From Tubulanus polymorphus (Eukaryota; Animalia; Nemertea): DNA of 64,000 bases. The translations under genes were made by a program, and so were the position numbers. Below the pieces are notes generated by a model, which was not told the origin of the DNA, did no database searches, and saw only the letters and a program-made list of their open reading frames with translations. This document shows, piece by piece, positions 33,897-46,400 of the stretch; position 1 is the first letter of the stretch; each line of letters begins with the position of its first letter. The DNA is taken from NCBI RefSeq assembly GCF_964204645.1, contig NC_134032.1, forward strand, positions 10,280,275-10,344,274, read 5' to 3'.

Positions 33897-36800
33897 ATGC
33901 CACTAGCTACAGTTACAACCAGGTAGATAGGTTTATGTCGTGACTTGAGCGGCTACTTGACTAACTGTTGTGCCTACAGTTAGCCTCAGCGTGAAAATTG
34001 TTGCTTGATGATGATCGGATCCTACTTATAATAACTAAATAAATAGTATATCCCATGTCGATCAACCACAGTGAGCCAGACTAAATAAATAGACAAGGGA
34101 AGAAACAAACCAGGGTTCCTCGGGGAATTCTCAAGATCTAAAGGCACATTTGACAATTGTTTAAAATCATTTGGTAGAAACCGTCGTCGGCTTAATTGCG
34201 TCCCAAAAGCGGCTAGCTGTATGTAGCGAGACCAAATGTGACAGAACCAACAACATCCCAGTAGTGATGAATGCTGCTAGAGGACCCTTCTTGCCAATCA
34301 ATCTTTGAAGAGATAGGGGCTGCACTGCAATAATCACCCTATCTTCTTCAAACCAATTTTCACTTTTATAGGACTGTGGTGTGACAATTATAGTTGCGAC
34401 TTGCTTCCCATAATAGAACAATTAAGCTTGAGAAAATTTGTACTCGTCGAAACATAAGAAAGACGTTATTTCTTTTTGATTTGCAGGGAATTGAAGAATG
34501 TAGAGACCGGAGTCGATATCAGTATCCCCACTTTTAAAGAAATTCCTACTCTATTCAGCTCGACGATCGAATACAATATCGTAGTCGTTTCAAATCTACG
34601 TTATTTCAAATCTCCAAAACATAAGTCGACCGATACAGTACAGTTTATGGTTAGTATTCTCGATGACATCATAAGGGGACTCTTGTCTTGAAAGGCAGTC
34701 ATCTTCTCTGAAAAGAACTAGTGGAGCAGCAATTTAACTACAGATCGGTCTATGAAAGAGGCCATCTCTTCTGGAAGTGTCTATGGAGCATTTGATGATT
34801 TCATCAGGGGTTTTGTCGAGGATCTTACCTGTGCTTTTGCCCTAGACAGATTTATGGAGGGAGCAATGTTTCCAAAAGTGTCTTAAGGGATAATATAGTG
34901 ATGTCATAGCGGAATAATTGAGATCTTTTTTGAAAGTTTCTCTAGCACCTTGTTGTTTGACAATGTCATAGGTGGAATTGTTGAAGCAGTCATCTTTTTG
35001 AAAATTATTCACTATTGTGGTCAGGTCAAATGAAGTTACGGTATATCTTATGTCTTCTACAAACTTGTAAAAGGGTCTAGATGGAGGTTTTATTAGTTGA
35101 TGTCATAGGGGGATGACAGCTGACAGCCCGTTTATAGATTTGCATTGTAATTGTAGGTCGTACGTAAATGGTCCGATTTCGAGACATTGCATGCCGATGT
35201 CGCGAAGAAATTCCCGTCGACAGTTTTCCCCGCGTTGCCGAGAAAATCGATTCTCAGCGAATTGTCGATTCCCGAACGTCGCAGCGGACTCGAATCGTTC
35301 TTACAGTTTTTAGCGAAAACTCCGAAACTCGCCGTCTGTCCGATCGTACTACAGTTTCTAGGTTAGTTTTACCCGTACGTCAGCCGGCAAACACTAACAC
35401 GGCCTAGTTCGACGGCTGCATTCAAAAATACATGAAGAAAATCCCCCCAGTTTTTCAGGAAATAATTTGTAAATTCTTGATGTATTTTTGCCGGAATCTT
35501 AGGACTGTTGTTAATTTGTGAAATCGGTTTCACAGTATATAGGCTCCGCTGAAGTCCGATCTGTTAACGAAACTTGAAAATTTGTCCCAATTGCGAGCGA
35601 TATCCAAGCTGGATTGTGTTCATATAGGATCAGAAAATATTTCAACAAACATCCAAGTTAAAAGTTAAACGGTCATCTCAAAGAGTTGATCAGAACCAAT
35701 TTGGGGGGATCCTACCGTAGAACCAAAATAGGCTGGTCTTATATAGTAAACCTTAACCGTGCAACTGGGTCCTTGGTCTTCAATTGAAGGGCCCGATAGA
35801 ATTCTTTGAAATTATGGTTGAATGATGTCATTGATTTTTGGATATCTTGTTTTGTGTTTAGGCGTGAATGCGTTGAAGGCTGGTCAATATTCCACTGAAA
35901 ACCGAGAGGAAGGTAACGAACGCTCGGATATATTCGAGGAACAGAGACTTGAGACCGGCGAGTCGGATAAAAAATTCATTTCGAAGTGAGGAACGAATCT
36001 CTTGAAATCACGATATATCCGTAATGAAGTCATAAAACGTAGAATCCCACAATCGTTATTTAACTAAAGAGTTAATGAAGAATAGAGATATTTTGTGTCA
36101 GTAAACCTGGCCTTACCTCGACAAAACAAAATCATTTTTATCTATAACTCTGACCGATTTTGCCGGTCCCAGTTTAGGCAAGGTTTCCTGTACTGTACCC
36201 CCCTTCAGTCCTAACCAGTCTGATCTAGCCTTCATTCAGATATCGTTTTAGACTGAAGATTTGGTATTAAACGCCTGAAATATTTCTATCTTTTATAAAC
36301 TCTTCATCTGAGTGGCATTTTAAGTTTTAGTTTACATTAACCTTTAGGCTACATTGTTAATTGATACCTGGGGGCGATTTCAATTGTGAATTGATATGAA
36401 GTTAAAACTGGTAAAAACCGGCCTCGGTCTCCGATCATCAATTTCATTCTCGTTCCAGCGAAACCGATGAAAATCTCTTTGCCGACAAACAGGAAGAGGA
36501 TGTAGATTTATTTGGGTTGCCCGGAGCGACCGACGATGACCGCGACGTGTCCGGTGATCTGTTGGGTTTAGCAGCGGCCGCCGATAAAAAGATCAAACGC
36601 CACACGATACAAGGTACTTTCAGAAAAGATGGCTGCCTTTATGAATCCCCTTGTGGCATCATCAAATCGTCCGCATAGCCCCTTCTAAAAAGATGGTCAC
36701 ATTCATAAATCCCCCTCTGACATCATCAAATTGCCCATATTATAGACCTTTCTAGAAAAGATGGCTGCTTTTATGATTATGAATCCCCCTATGACGTCAT

Positions 36801-37717
36801 AAAATTGCTCCTAACCTTTCTAGAAATCCCCCTATGACATCATCAAATTGCCCCAAGACCTTCTACAAGAGACGGCTGCCTCCATAAATCCCCCTATGAC
36901 AAATAGGACATCGCGTGGCGGTAGCCATCACAAGTTCTAATGAATTAAGCACTGTGTTGATTATTTGGTTCTAGAACCGAAGTTGTTTGGCGATCCAGAT
37001 TTCGGTGAAGGAGTCGCTGTGGATGAAACCGATTTCTTCGTTCCGGGCGCTCGAGTTGAGGAGGAAGCCATGAATCAAAATGTACTGTTCGAAGATGAAG
37101 ACAATTCGGAACTATTGAAGTAAGTTGGAAACATGCGCATGTCGTATGTAACATGTACATGTAATATCTGATGATTTCAGTGTCAGTGTGGCCACTTACC
37201 ACCCATTTATAAATAGCTTGAGCTTCCCATGATTTTTCAATGTGATTGCACAAAATTCCCCGAGCGAAATTTCTACGTTTAAAATGTTACGAGTTTTCCA
37301 GGTTCATGGCCACCCTGCATATTCGAGAGGGTGTGGCCATTATGTGCGTACCACACATACATGTTGAACAACATGTCTGTAATTACATGTACATGTTACT
37401 GGTGTATATGACATGTATTGATTGATTTGATGTTTAATTTCAGTATCGAGGATGATTTGGACGACCTTCTTTCTCTGAAGAACAAGAAATCACCTGATCC
37501 CAAACCGACGAAACCAGCTTTACCATCGAAACCGACGGCGGTCAAGCCTAAAATTGGCGCGAAACCGACCCTGCGCGTAAAACCTACTCTGTCCGCAAAA
37601 CCAAAAACTCTTCCTCTAACGGGGCAGACAGAAATTCAAAATATCGCGACGGACGATATTCTGAAATACATCGAAGACAACACGAATCGTGACGACAATT
37701 TGGACTTATTTTCGTGA
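33897..37717 (+). CDS. HS1BP3: PX-domain protein, HCLS1-binding protein 3-like. Exons 33897-33922, 34487-34649, 35157-35361, 35862-35985, 36459-36613, 36975-37119, 37444-37717
   Basis: The N-terminus MPLATVTTRELKNVETGVDISIP...EYNIVVVSNLRYFKSPKHKSTDTVQFMVVRKWSDFETLH...FPALPRK...ERRSGLESFLQFLA matches the HS1BP3 PX domain. It is followed by an acidic DLF region, a Pro/Lys-rich tail and C-terminal DILKYI...LDLFS. All phases fit. Confidence 0.88.
36620..36900. repeat. Dispersed tandem-unit repeat family (AAGATGGCTGCC...AAATCCCCCTATGACATCATC); also at ~1065, 3770, 9600, 18200, 21640, 26780, 34660, 40590, 62080
   Basis: The same ~60-bp unit occurs in short arrays at about ten loci, in both orientations. 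Confidence 0.8.
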
Positions 37718-39480
37718 TAATAGGATTTGAAGAACATTCAAGAAAATCTTGATTAATCAAAAACAATATCACATATTCAATAGGGCTTTAGTGATCAAAA
37801 ATAAATTCATGTAATGCCTAGATATTCTATAAAAGAATTTATATCATGAACAAGCTACTGTGGTAATCTCTTTCAATGTTACATAGAAATTATTAGTATT
37901 CTAAAGATTTAAATTTAATGTGCTCAACTGCTTATGTGCCACTGTTATGGGGGAGGGGGTGTTTTCAAAGGTGCTAGTGTATTTGGGTGCCAGTGTTTAG
38001 GGGATGAGTGTTGTAGGGTATTTAAGGGAGGGGGGCTATAGTTGTGGGTGTGCTAGTGTGAAGGGTGCCAGGCCGTAGGGAGAGGGAGAAATTTCGGAAG
38101 GCCAGAAGGCCTAGAGTAAAAAACCAGAAGGCCTAGTGTATTTTCAGTCTTTTGCTGCCCTGCTAATTATGATATATTTTGTTAATTAATGATTATGAAT
38201 AAATGATAATCAAATTATAACGTACGTATGTGAATGGTGTACTTTTGATGTAGTTCCTGTATTCATTTTGCCTGTAAGGATTTGCTTTTCATCATCCTCA
38301 GGGTGAAGATGATTTACGTAACTAAGGACCACATGTCTTTGGTTATATAGGCCAGCTTTGAATAAAAGTTTAGTCGCTGCCATCATGACTCCTCATGCGA
38401 GTACAAACCCCTGTCCTAGTAGAACCTTGCAGTTATCGGACTGATTACTACAAGGTAGAAGCCATCCTTCCAGGCAGAGCCTTCGCGAAACTGGACCCTA
38501 ACAACAGAGATCACTATGGCACAAAACTGCCTGAATTATCGCCCCAACATGCAATAGTTACTGAGCTGAAAAAAAGCTGTCAATCTATAAGTAAAATACC
38601 CGGGCTAAAATAAAAAACGATTAATGATGTGATTGGCTGATAATGACATCACAACTTAGCTACGCGCTGGGGCTATTCCGATCTTTCCGAAGGAGGATGC
38701 TGCAAACGTCAATTTAACAAAAGGATTAGAAAGAACAGCCACGGAAACCAGTAAACAACTAGGAAATTTACGAATTAGCTTTTTTTATCAATACGGTATT
38801 TTTTATTTTCTTTTAAATATTTTACTATCATGAAATGGATCTCATATGAATTCAATAAGTAGGAAATCATGAATACGAATTAATAATTGAAGCAGTTGTG
38901 CGATCGAAAATTAGCACGTTTAAATCAGTTTTTTTTCCGTCGTTTCCCAGTTCCACAGTCGCGGAAAAGATCCACTTTCGTGGCTCCACTTCCACAGTAG
39001 TGGGCAGAGTTCAATATTTGTGGTGGTCCCAATACCAGAATCATAGTTTGGCAAACTTGTTTCGAATTACCGTCTCACACTTCTGAGTTTCATTTGACTC
39101 TTAGGATAAATGACTCAACTTATCCACGCATTCAACGCTGGGTCCTGTTCCACAACTCTGGGATCGACTTTAGAGTCAGGGTATGCATTTGACTCCCGTT
39201 GTTTACTCCCATCGTTATCAGTTTTTCAACGATGATCTATCCATTTTGTCTCTACCGCATGCAAAAATTTCAAGCACCTTGAATGAGTAAATAATATTAG
39301 ATATAAATGTATAATAAGCGAGTACTGTTGCTCTACGTATTTTCTAAACCAGTGTGTTCGTTTACATTAAAGGCAAAAACGTGTCCGCTGCAACCAGATC
39401 TCGTTAAAATTGGAATATATCTTCCCAACGTTTTAAGACGAAGCCGATATTAAACAGTAACACTATATAAATCTGATAGT

Positions 39481-39626
39481 TCAGGAACTATGTTATTCTC
39501 GTGTGCCACAGTGCAAATATCCAACTGTAAATAGGAAGAATCCGCTACAAATATATTCGTAGCTGATTCTTCCTATTTACAGTTGGATATTTGCACTGTG
39601 GCACACGAGACTAACACAGTTCCTGA
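39481..39626. repeat. 146-bp near-perfect palindrome downstream of the CAP stop codon
   Basis: 73-bp arms with no spacer and 4 mismatches: TCAGGAACTATGTTATTCTCGTGTGCCAC ... GTGGCACACGAGACTAACACAGTTCCTGA. Confidence 0.95.
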
Positions 39627-40458
39627 TTGGCTGGCAATGTCGACAAACTCGGCTTCATTCTCAATGCTCATTGGTCAATTTCGAGCAAAGGCTGACTATG
39701 TAACAGCTCCATTGCCAACCTATATAGTATATTCACAGTAGCAATAGGGGGCAATGCCGTATTATGAAGCTGGCAGCAAAAGTGTTAAGGTACCGCAAAC
39801 ATCAGCACAGAACTGTCAACGGTCCAGATTTCAAACAACTTCCACTTGGTAAAACTAGCTCAAAAACTAACCAATGACAGCGGCTTTTACATAAATCTTT
39901 TACTGCAACCTCATGATCTAACCAATCGTAGCGGGTTTAACATATATTTCGATTTTACGATACTGAGTTGAGCTACGAGTGAAATATTTAAATACCGCAT
40001 ATTCAAATTAATTACAACCTAATTATTACAAACGGCTTATCAATTATCGATAATATCAATTAGTCGGTGACCTAATTATAAACTTAATAATATGTATGTA
40101 TTTGGAACGTTTTAAATTTCAGATTTTTCCCCGAATTTTGAAAATCGAAATTAGACCCGTTGAAATTCATCTCGCCCCCATTGAAATTTGAAATTCTTTT
40201 CGAAACAAAACGATTTCAAAGAAGAAGCACGATTCCTATACGTAATGGAAACGTTAAAACTCGCGCGTACGTAAATACGTTGATGAAAATTTCAAAATCA
40301 AAAAATCAATCTAGAAATAAAGTTACGCCGTCGAACCGGCCGATCAACTGGATTCGTATCTTGATTAATGAAGAGAACTGAAAACCGGATTCGCGCTGAT
40401 CCAGTGCAGCGCCACCCGGTGAAACATCACAGATTATCTTCTCTCGTCTGCCGCTGTT

Positions 40459-43400
40459 TTAAGAGGCGATATCCGTCTGGCTCGTCTGGAACTTCTTGCC
40501 GTCCCACACGGTGCGGAACTGTTCCGGAATCGGATGCTCAACCTACAAAATATATGTGGAATATGACGTCAAACGGGGAATCAGGTGGAGGCAGCCTTTT
40601 TTTCTGGAAGTGTTCGGACGGGTGATTTGATGATGTCATAGGGTGAATTGCGGAGGCAGACATGCTTTCTGTAAAGTATCCAAGGGTAATTTGATGATGT
40701 CATACATGCAGCCTTGTCATAGGGGGATTTATAGGGGCAGCCAACATTTTGGAAATGCCTATATGGGATAATATGTTGATGTCATGAGGCCATTTTTGGA
40801 TGCAGCCATCTGGAAGGATCTACATGAAGTTTTTCCACAGGAACATGTTTCGTCCGTGTGCACCTGCGTATGTCATGAAGACAATGATGTCATAGGGGGA
40901 TTCGTGCAGCCATCTGGTAGTGTCTAAAACATTGGGGTATGTATTTGATTATAATAGGGTTTATAGAGGCAGGCATGGCCAAATGATATTATATGATTTA
41001 TTTTGCACAAAAGATTGTTACAGAGTTTACATATTAATGCACAATTTAAGCAAAACAATGTACCAATAAATTATGTGAGGAATTAGGTTTTCGTATCTAG
41101 TCGACTAGTGATCAAAACTAATAACCGAATGCGCTTAATTTCTGAACTACTTCCGGAATATAGTTCCGACTAACTGACATTCGGTTTCACTTAGTTTCGA
41201 TCTCAAATAATCGAAGTTGGCCCAGGCAGCTGCTGCGACAAGTTATTTGCTGATGTCATAGAGGGATTTATGAAAGCCTTATTAGATATTACGGTATAGG
41301 GGCACTCACCAAGTCGCCGTCTGCTTTGGTGATGGCGATGTTCATTTCTGATGATTTTGATGAAATGATGGTTGTCGAGTCGAGCGCTTCTTCTTTCAAA
41401 TAAACCAAACATCCGTCCGTTTTGTCAATGGACACCGTCGGGCAGTTACCATTCAACTGCAATTAAAGAAAGTATTTCCTTTGATTCTATTTGTTAAGAT
41501 TTTTTTTTTTGGGGAAAAATTTTTCGATTTTTTGGCAATATTTTTCACCTGCGCTTTCACCGACTGACAATTGACCATTTCAAAAGTCGATATCACATCG
41601 TCGAATACTACGCCGACCTTCTTGCAGCTGTCTTTAAAATAGAAATCAGAAAAGCTAGTTTAACCCGAGTTTTAAAAATACTGAAAATCTTAATCATTTT
41701 AGATCACCATATAATTTCAATAAATCCGAATCACGGAAATGAGGTGGTCGTCATTAGAGCAGAAATACTAACCCAATATGATCGAGTTAACTTTGCTCTT
41801 GACTTGAATGACGGAGTTCGTGCATTTGAACACGTAAACCACTTGTTTCGGTTCGACGTTTTCGATCACAATATTCTGATTGTTTTCATGGTATTCCTGG
41901 TGACAGAGAAAAACATTAATCATTTGAATATCCACACCACGTGGAGCCTCCCCCTGATGTTTCCGAACGGCGGGTTTCCGATATTCTCGGAGCCAACCAT
42001 AGGAGTAATAAGGATAGCTGTATTCCGGAAGAATATTCAAATCGACGCGAACTGCGACTGAGTGACGACTTGCAAATGCTCTTAATTACACTAAAACGTG
42101 GCTTGTTTAAGAAAAGAAAATTCCCTGATTTCCAGTTAAGTGGCCCCCCTGGTTATACTAACCACCATCCATTTTTTGCCCATTTCCAGTTCGATGCGAG
42201 GTGGTTTTTTAGCAGCTTGCTGGGCAGCTGGTTTTGGACTGCCAGTCGGTTTCGGAGCGGGCACCGGAGCCTTGTACGGTTTTGGGCCTGTTCTCAGAGC
42301 TGGGTTTTTGTGGGTTTTCATGTCGTCGGTAACTTTGTTCAGACCTTTTTTTTAAAGAAAGATAAAAATGCTTGAATTTTCGGCAGAAATTCATCGGCAG
42401 AATTGAAATTTTAGAGATCCATAGAAAAAGATTTGATTCTAAGATACAATAGGTTCACAAATTTTTACCTTGAGTGATGTCACCTCCTTTGTTGATCGCG
42501 TTGAACAACGCCGAGCGGTCAGCAGGATCGCTACCAGAGGTCGCTGCTGGTGGTGCTGCTGGTGGAGGGGGTGGCGGTGGTGGCAGCCCCGGGGGTGGGG
42601 GAGGCGGTGCGGCTCCCGCAGTCGAACCACTAAACAGCGTGCTGGGCGATACCTTTCCCTAAAGTAGGAAGAAGTCATAACTAAAATTATTTGAACCAAA
42701 AATGTTGCAGCGCCACAAGAGGAACTAAAATATTTTGAGATAATCTGAATTCATTGAAGAATAAAATAGATTTAATCCTTTCAGAGCAGTGTATAAATTG
42801 ATGAAGACATCGCATGTATATCGCATTACCGTGTATTGATGTTACTAAAAGCTTAGCTTAGTAATTATTTTCTATCTCTATTGAAAGATGGCAGCATCTG
42901 TCAAACCGCACTGCGGTGTAGACTCACTAAAGCGGCATGCCCATCAATCAAAACACTGGGATGGAATCTTTCAAGTTTTCATATTATCTCCAGGGCCCAG
43001 TTTCATGTAATGTGTAACCCTAAAACGGCTAAGTTTGAATTGTTGTCCTCATTGAAAACATGAAGTAACCAATAGCAATTGAACCAAAGATTTGAGTTTA
43101 ACTTTTTTGTGAAACTGGACCCAGCACTTACGGGTATGCATTAGTCAGCACTGAAAGGAGTTTTTCAGATGAAACTAAGCCGAGGATTTGTCATACATAC
43201 ATTTTCATTCCACTGAAGGCTGACAGCGTGATAGTTCTGCAAGTATTCCTGGAAAACGCCGAAAACCTTGGTCCAACTTTTCACCCACTCAAAGTGCTGC
43301 GGCAGCCTGAATGAAAAAAAAAAATACAAAAATTTATTTCTTGTACCGCATGGCAGAACCTTTTTAAGAAAGTGCGCTGAAAAAGTTACTTATATCTGGC

Positions 43401-46400
43401 ATTGGTAATTAATTTACAATTGGAAATGTATAAGGTGAAATGCTGTGCACATTGGCAATCCCTTCGTCAAAACGTGCTGATAAAATATCTACCGGTAATG
43501 TCCAATAAGTTTTTTTTAGTTGTTAATGTCCAACAGGTGGCGATGTCCTGAACACAAACGTGAAATGTGGACGATCAATTTTGAAAGTGAGCCGATAAAA
43601 ATATCAAATTTCTGGTGTTTGTAGTGAACTAGGGATGATCAACTTTTACTGACTTTGGAAGGGTAGATCTGTCCAATTAGATATAGGCGGGGCGCAGGGC
43701 GAGAGGTTTCAGGTTCCAGGCTGTTGACCGCTGTCCGTAATTCGGATATCACTTACCCTTTATCTTTGCTGTCCTTGATCACACGATTCGTATAAAATAG
43801 AACCGATTCAAGCATATCCTTCACATAATGTGTCGGTTTTGACGGCTAAAACAAAATTCAACGGCATAAAACACTAAATATTAGGCGGATACCCGAATCT
43901 CGACAAAAAATTATCGAAATCATCATACTTACCACTACGACCCAACCGAGGACGGGTATTCCTTCGGAAACACCGGATAGATGGTTAAACATCGGGCTCC
44001 GGCGAAGTGATTCTCGTTTTTCCTGGAATTACGTGGCAAAAAAGAAATCATCATAAATTACCGATAGGAAATCGATTGAAAAAATCGGAATATTCGTTCG
44101 GAAAATTTAATTTGATTTTCTTTCTTACTTGAATCATGGATATTTTCTCGCTGAGAGGTTTCAACAATCCTTGCAGGACTTCCTGAAAAAAATTGTTTAA
44201 CAATCATGAATCAAAGTATCATCTGGAGCCCAGTTGCACAGTCGTGACTAAAGTACAAAAGCGGTCTTAAACCTTGAGACTAGTCTTTTAAGTTGTTAGA
44301 ATAGCTATATCACTAATATGGTTTCACGCTACTAGTCTCTTGAGAGTTGTAATATTGGCAATAGAACTAAGACGGTCTTAAGACTAGTCTTTTCCGCTGT
44401 TTGATCTGGCTATAGAACTAAAATGGTACCAAGCTGGTCAAAAGACTAGTCTTTTAAGTTGTTAGATCAGTTACAGAACTAAGCTGGTCTTGAGACAAGT
44501 CTCGCTAGTTGTTAGATTGGCTATATAACCAAAATACTATTAGACTGGTCTTAAAATCTTAAGCTTTGACTCAGCAACTGGCCCAGGAGAAGTTCAGGGT
44601 TAAATAAATGAAGATACCGTGTTTACATACATTTGTTGGTTTTTTGTGACGTCCTGCATGTTCTATCAGTTGACGGTGGGTTTTGAAAGCCTCTTCGACC
44701 ATCGGAACCTGTAAGAACAAGATCCGATCTAATTCGTTTGCTTTTTTCTTTCATAAACCTCAACGCATTTAAGCGACTAACATTACATTAAAGCAGGTTC
44801 AGCGTTTTTTTCCCGAAGTAATCGGAGGAGGTAAAAGAGCCTTTGACCGAGAGACAGGTATGGATCTCGGACTATTGGAAGACCAAGGGGTCCAGAAGAA
44901 AAGAAAAGGCATTATTCGGATTGCGCAGCAAAGTCAAAGGCCACTCACTATTAGGGTTCCAAAATCGGTCTGATATTTTTTTTTGAAGAATTGCATATGA
45001 AAGGTTGCTGCAATTTGCAAGAGGATGGGTGTCAATTTGCCATCTCTGACTCTGAAAATGGCAATCTCGATGTGACGTCTGGGGTCTGCGCCCCCAGAGA
45101 CCCGGGCCTAAATCTGCCCCTGAAAGAAACTCTGTCGCCACCACTAGGGTTCGAACCAATGAACCCTGCATTGATGAGAACGGCAACCAGTGGCTCGAAC
45201 CACCAGGCCATCGGGGTCTCAGCGAAAGGTAGCTCGAACCACTGGGCCATCAGGTCTCAGAGAAAGGTCGCTCGAACCATTAGGCCACTGCGGTCTCACC
45301 GAAAATATATTCAAATTATAAATCATATCCAATTGATAATCGAATCGATATCAGGTATTACTTACCATAACGGTTCCGAGATCGCCGCCCAATTCTTTAC
45401 TGTGTTTGATGAAATCCTCGATCGCCGGAACGACGTCTTTATCGTACGCGTCAACATACGCGGGTAAATCTAAAACACATTCATATTATCGTAGTGAGTT
45501 TTCATGTAAAATTTACAGTAAAAATTGGAGCCAGGCCCAGGCGCTTCTATTCCATACCGAATTTGATTGCAGGACCGAGTTTTACAACCCAGGGGCCGGT
45601 TTCATAGTCATGGCTTAGACTTAAGACCGGTCTAAGACCAACTTAGTTCTATCGCCAATCTAACAACTTAAGACCAGACTTAAGATTTAAGACCACTTTT
45701 GAACTTAAGTCACGACTGTGCAACTGGCCCCAGGAGTAGGTCATTTTACAGCTCAATTCCCTATAGAGAACTACTAGGTAGCAAGTTCGTTTGTTTCCAC
45801 TTACACGGGATGAGAGAGTTAAGTCAGACAATAACCATCGAGAATGAAATGCTGCTGCCACCACTACGAGATTAATGACAGGCCAGGACACGAAAGGACG
45901 GACTAACATCACCAGAATTCGAACCATTAACTCTGGATTGACGAGGGACAGGTGAAAGATTGGCCGACTGCTACGACCAGGATTGATGAGCGACCAGTGA
46001 AAGACGGATCGCGCAAACTCCTCAATGACAGCACCTATCTGGGACGCAGTTTCACACGGTGCACTGGTCCGGGAAGTTAAGACGATGAAAACAAACCGGA
46101 ATTGACTCTAGTATCAACTACTCTACTAACAAAATACCGAAAATCATACGTGCAAAGAAAGCCTACTTGTCATTGTTACGTCGCCGCGGCAATTATTTGG
46201 ATAACGGTTACTATTGTTGCGATTACCGTCACTAGCGGATGTAGAACTCCGTACGGATTTATACGCGACGTTTTCCGATCTGAAACTACACGATTTCAAA
46301 ACGGGTATTCCGTCCGCCGTGCCGGAGTCCGTCTGCTCGCGGCGGCGGCTTCGTTGTTGTTTCAAACGAATCGACGATTCCTCGATTTGTATCGTGGTCG

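Noticed and set aside
41897-42060. Open frame running through the CAP intron into the CARP exon (possible extra exon or C-terminal-only isoform)
   Set aside because: The start is TTG, the splice signals are ambiguous, and the canonical 42163-41896 junction already fits.
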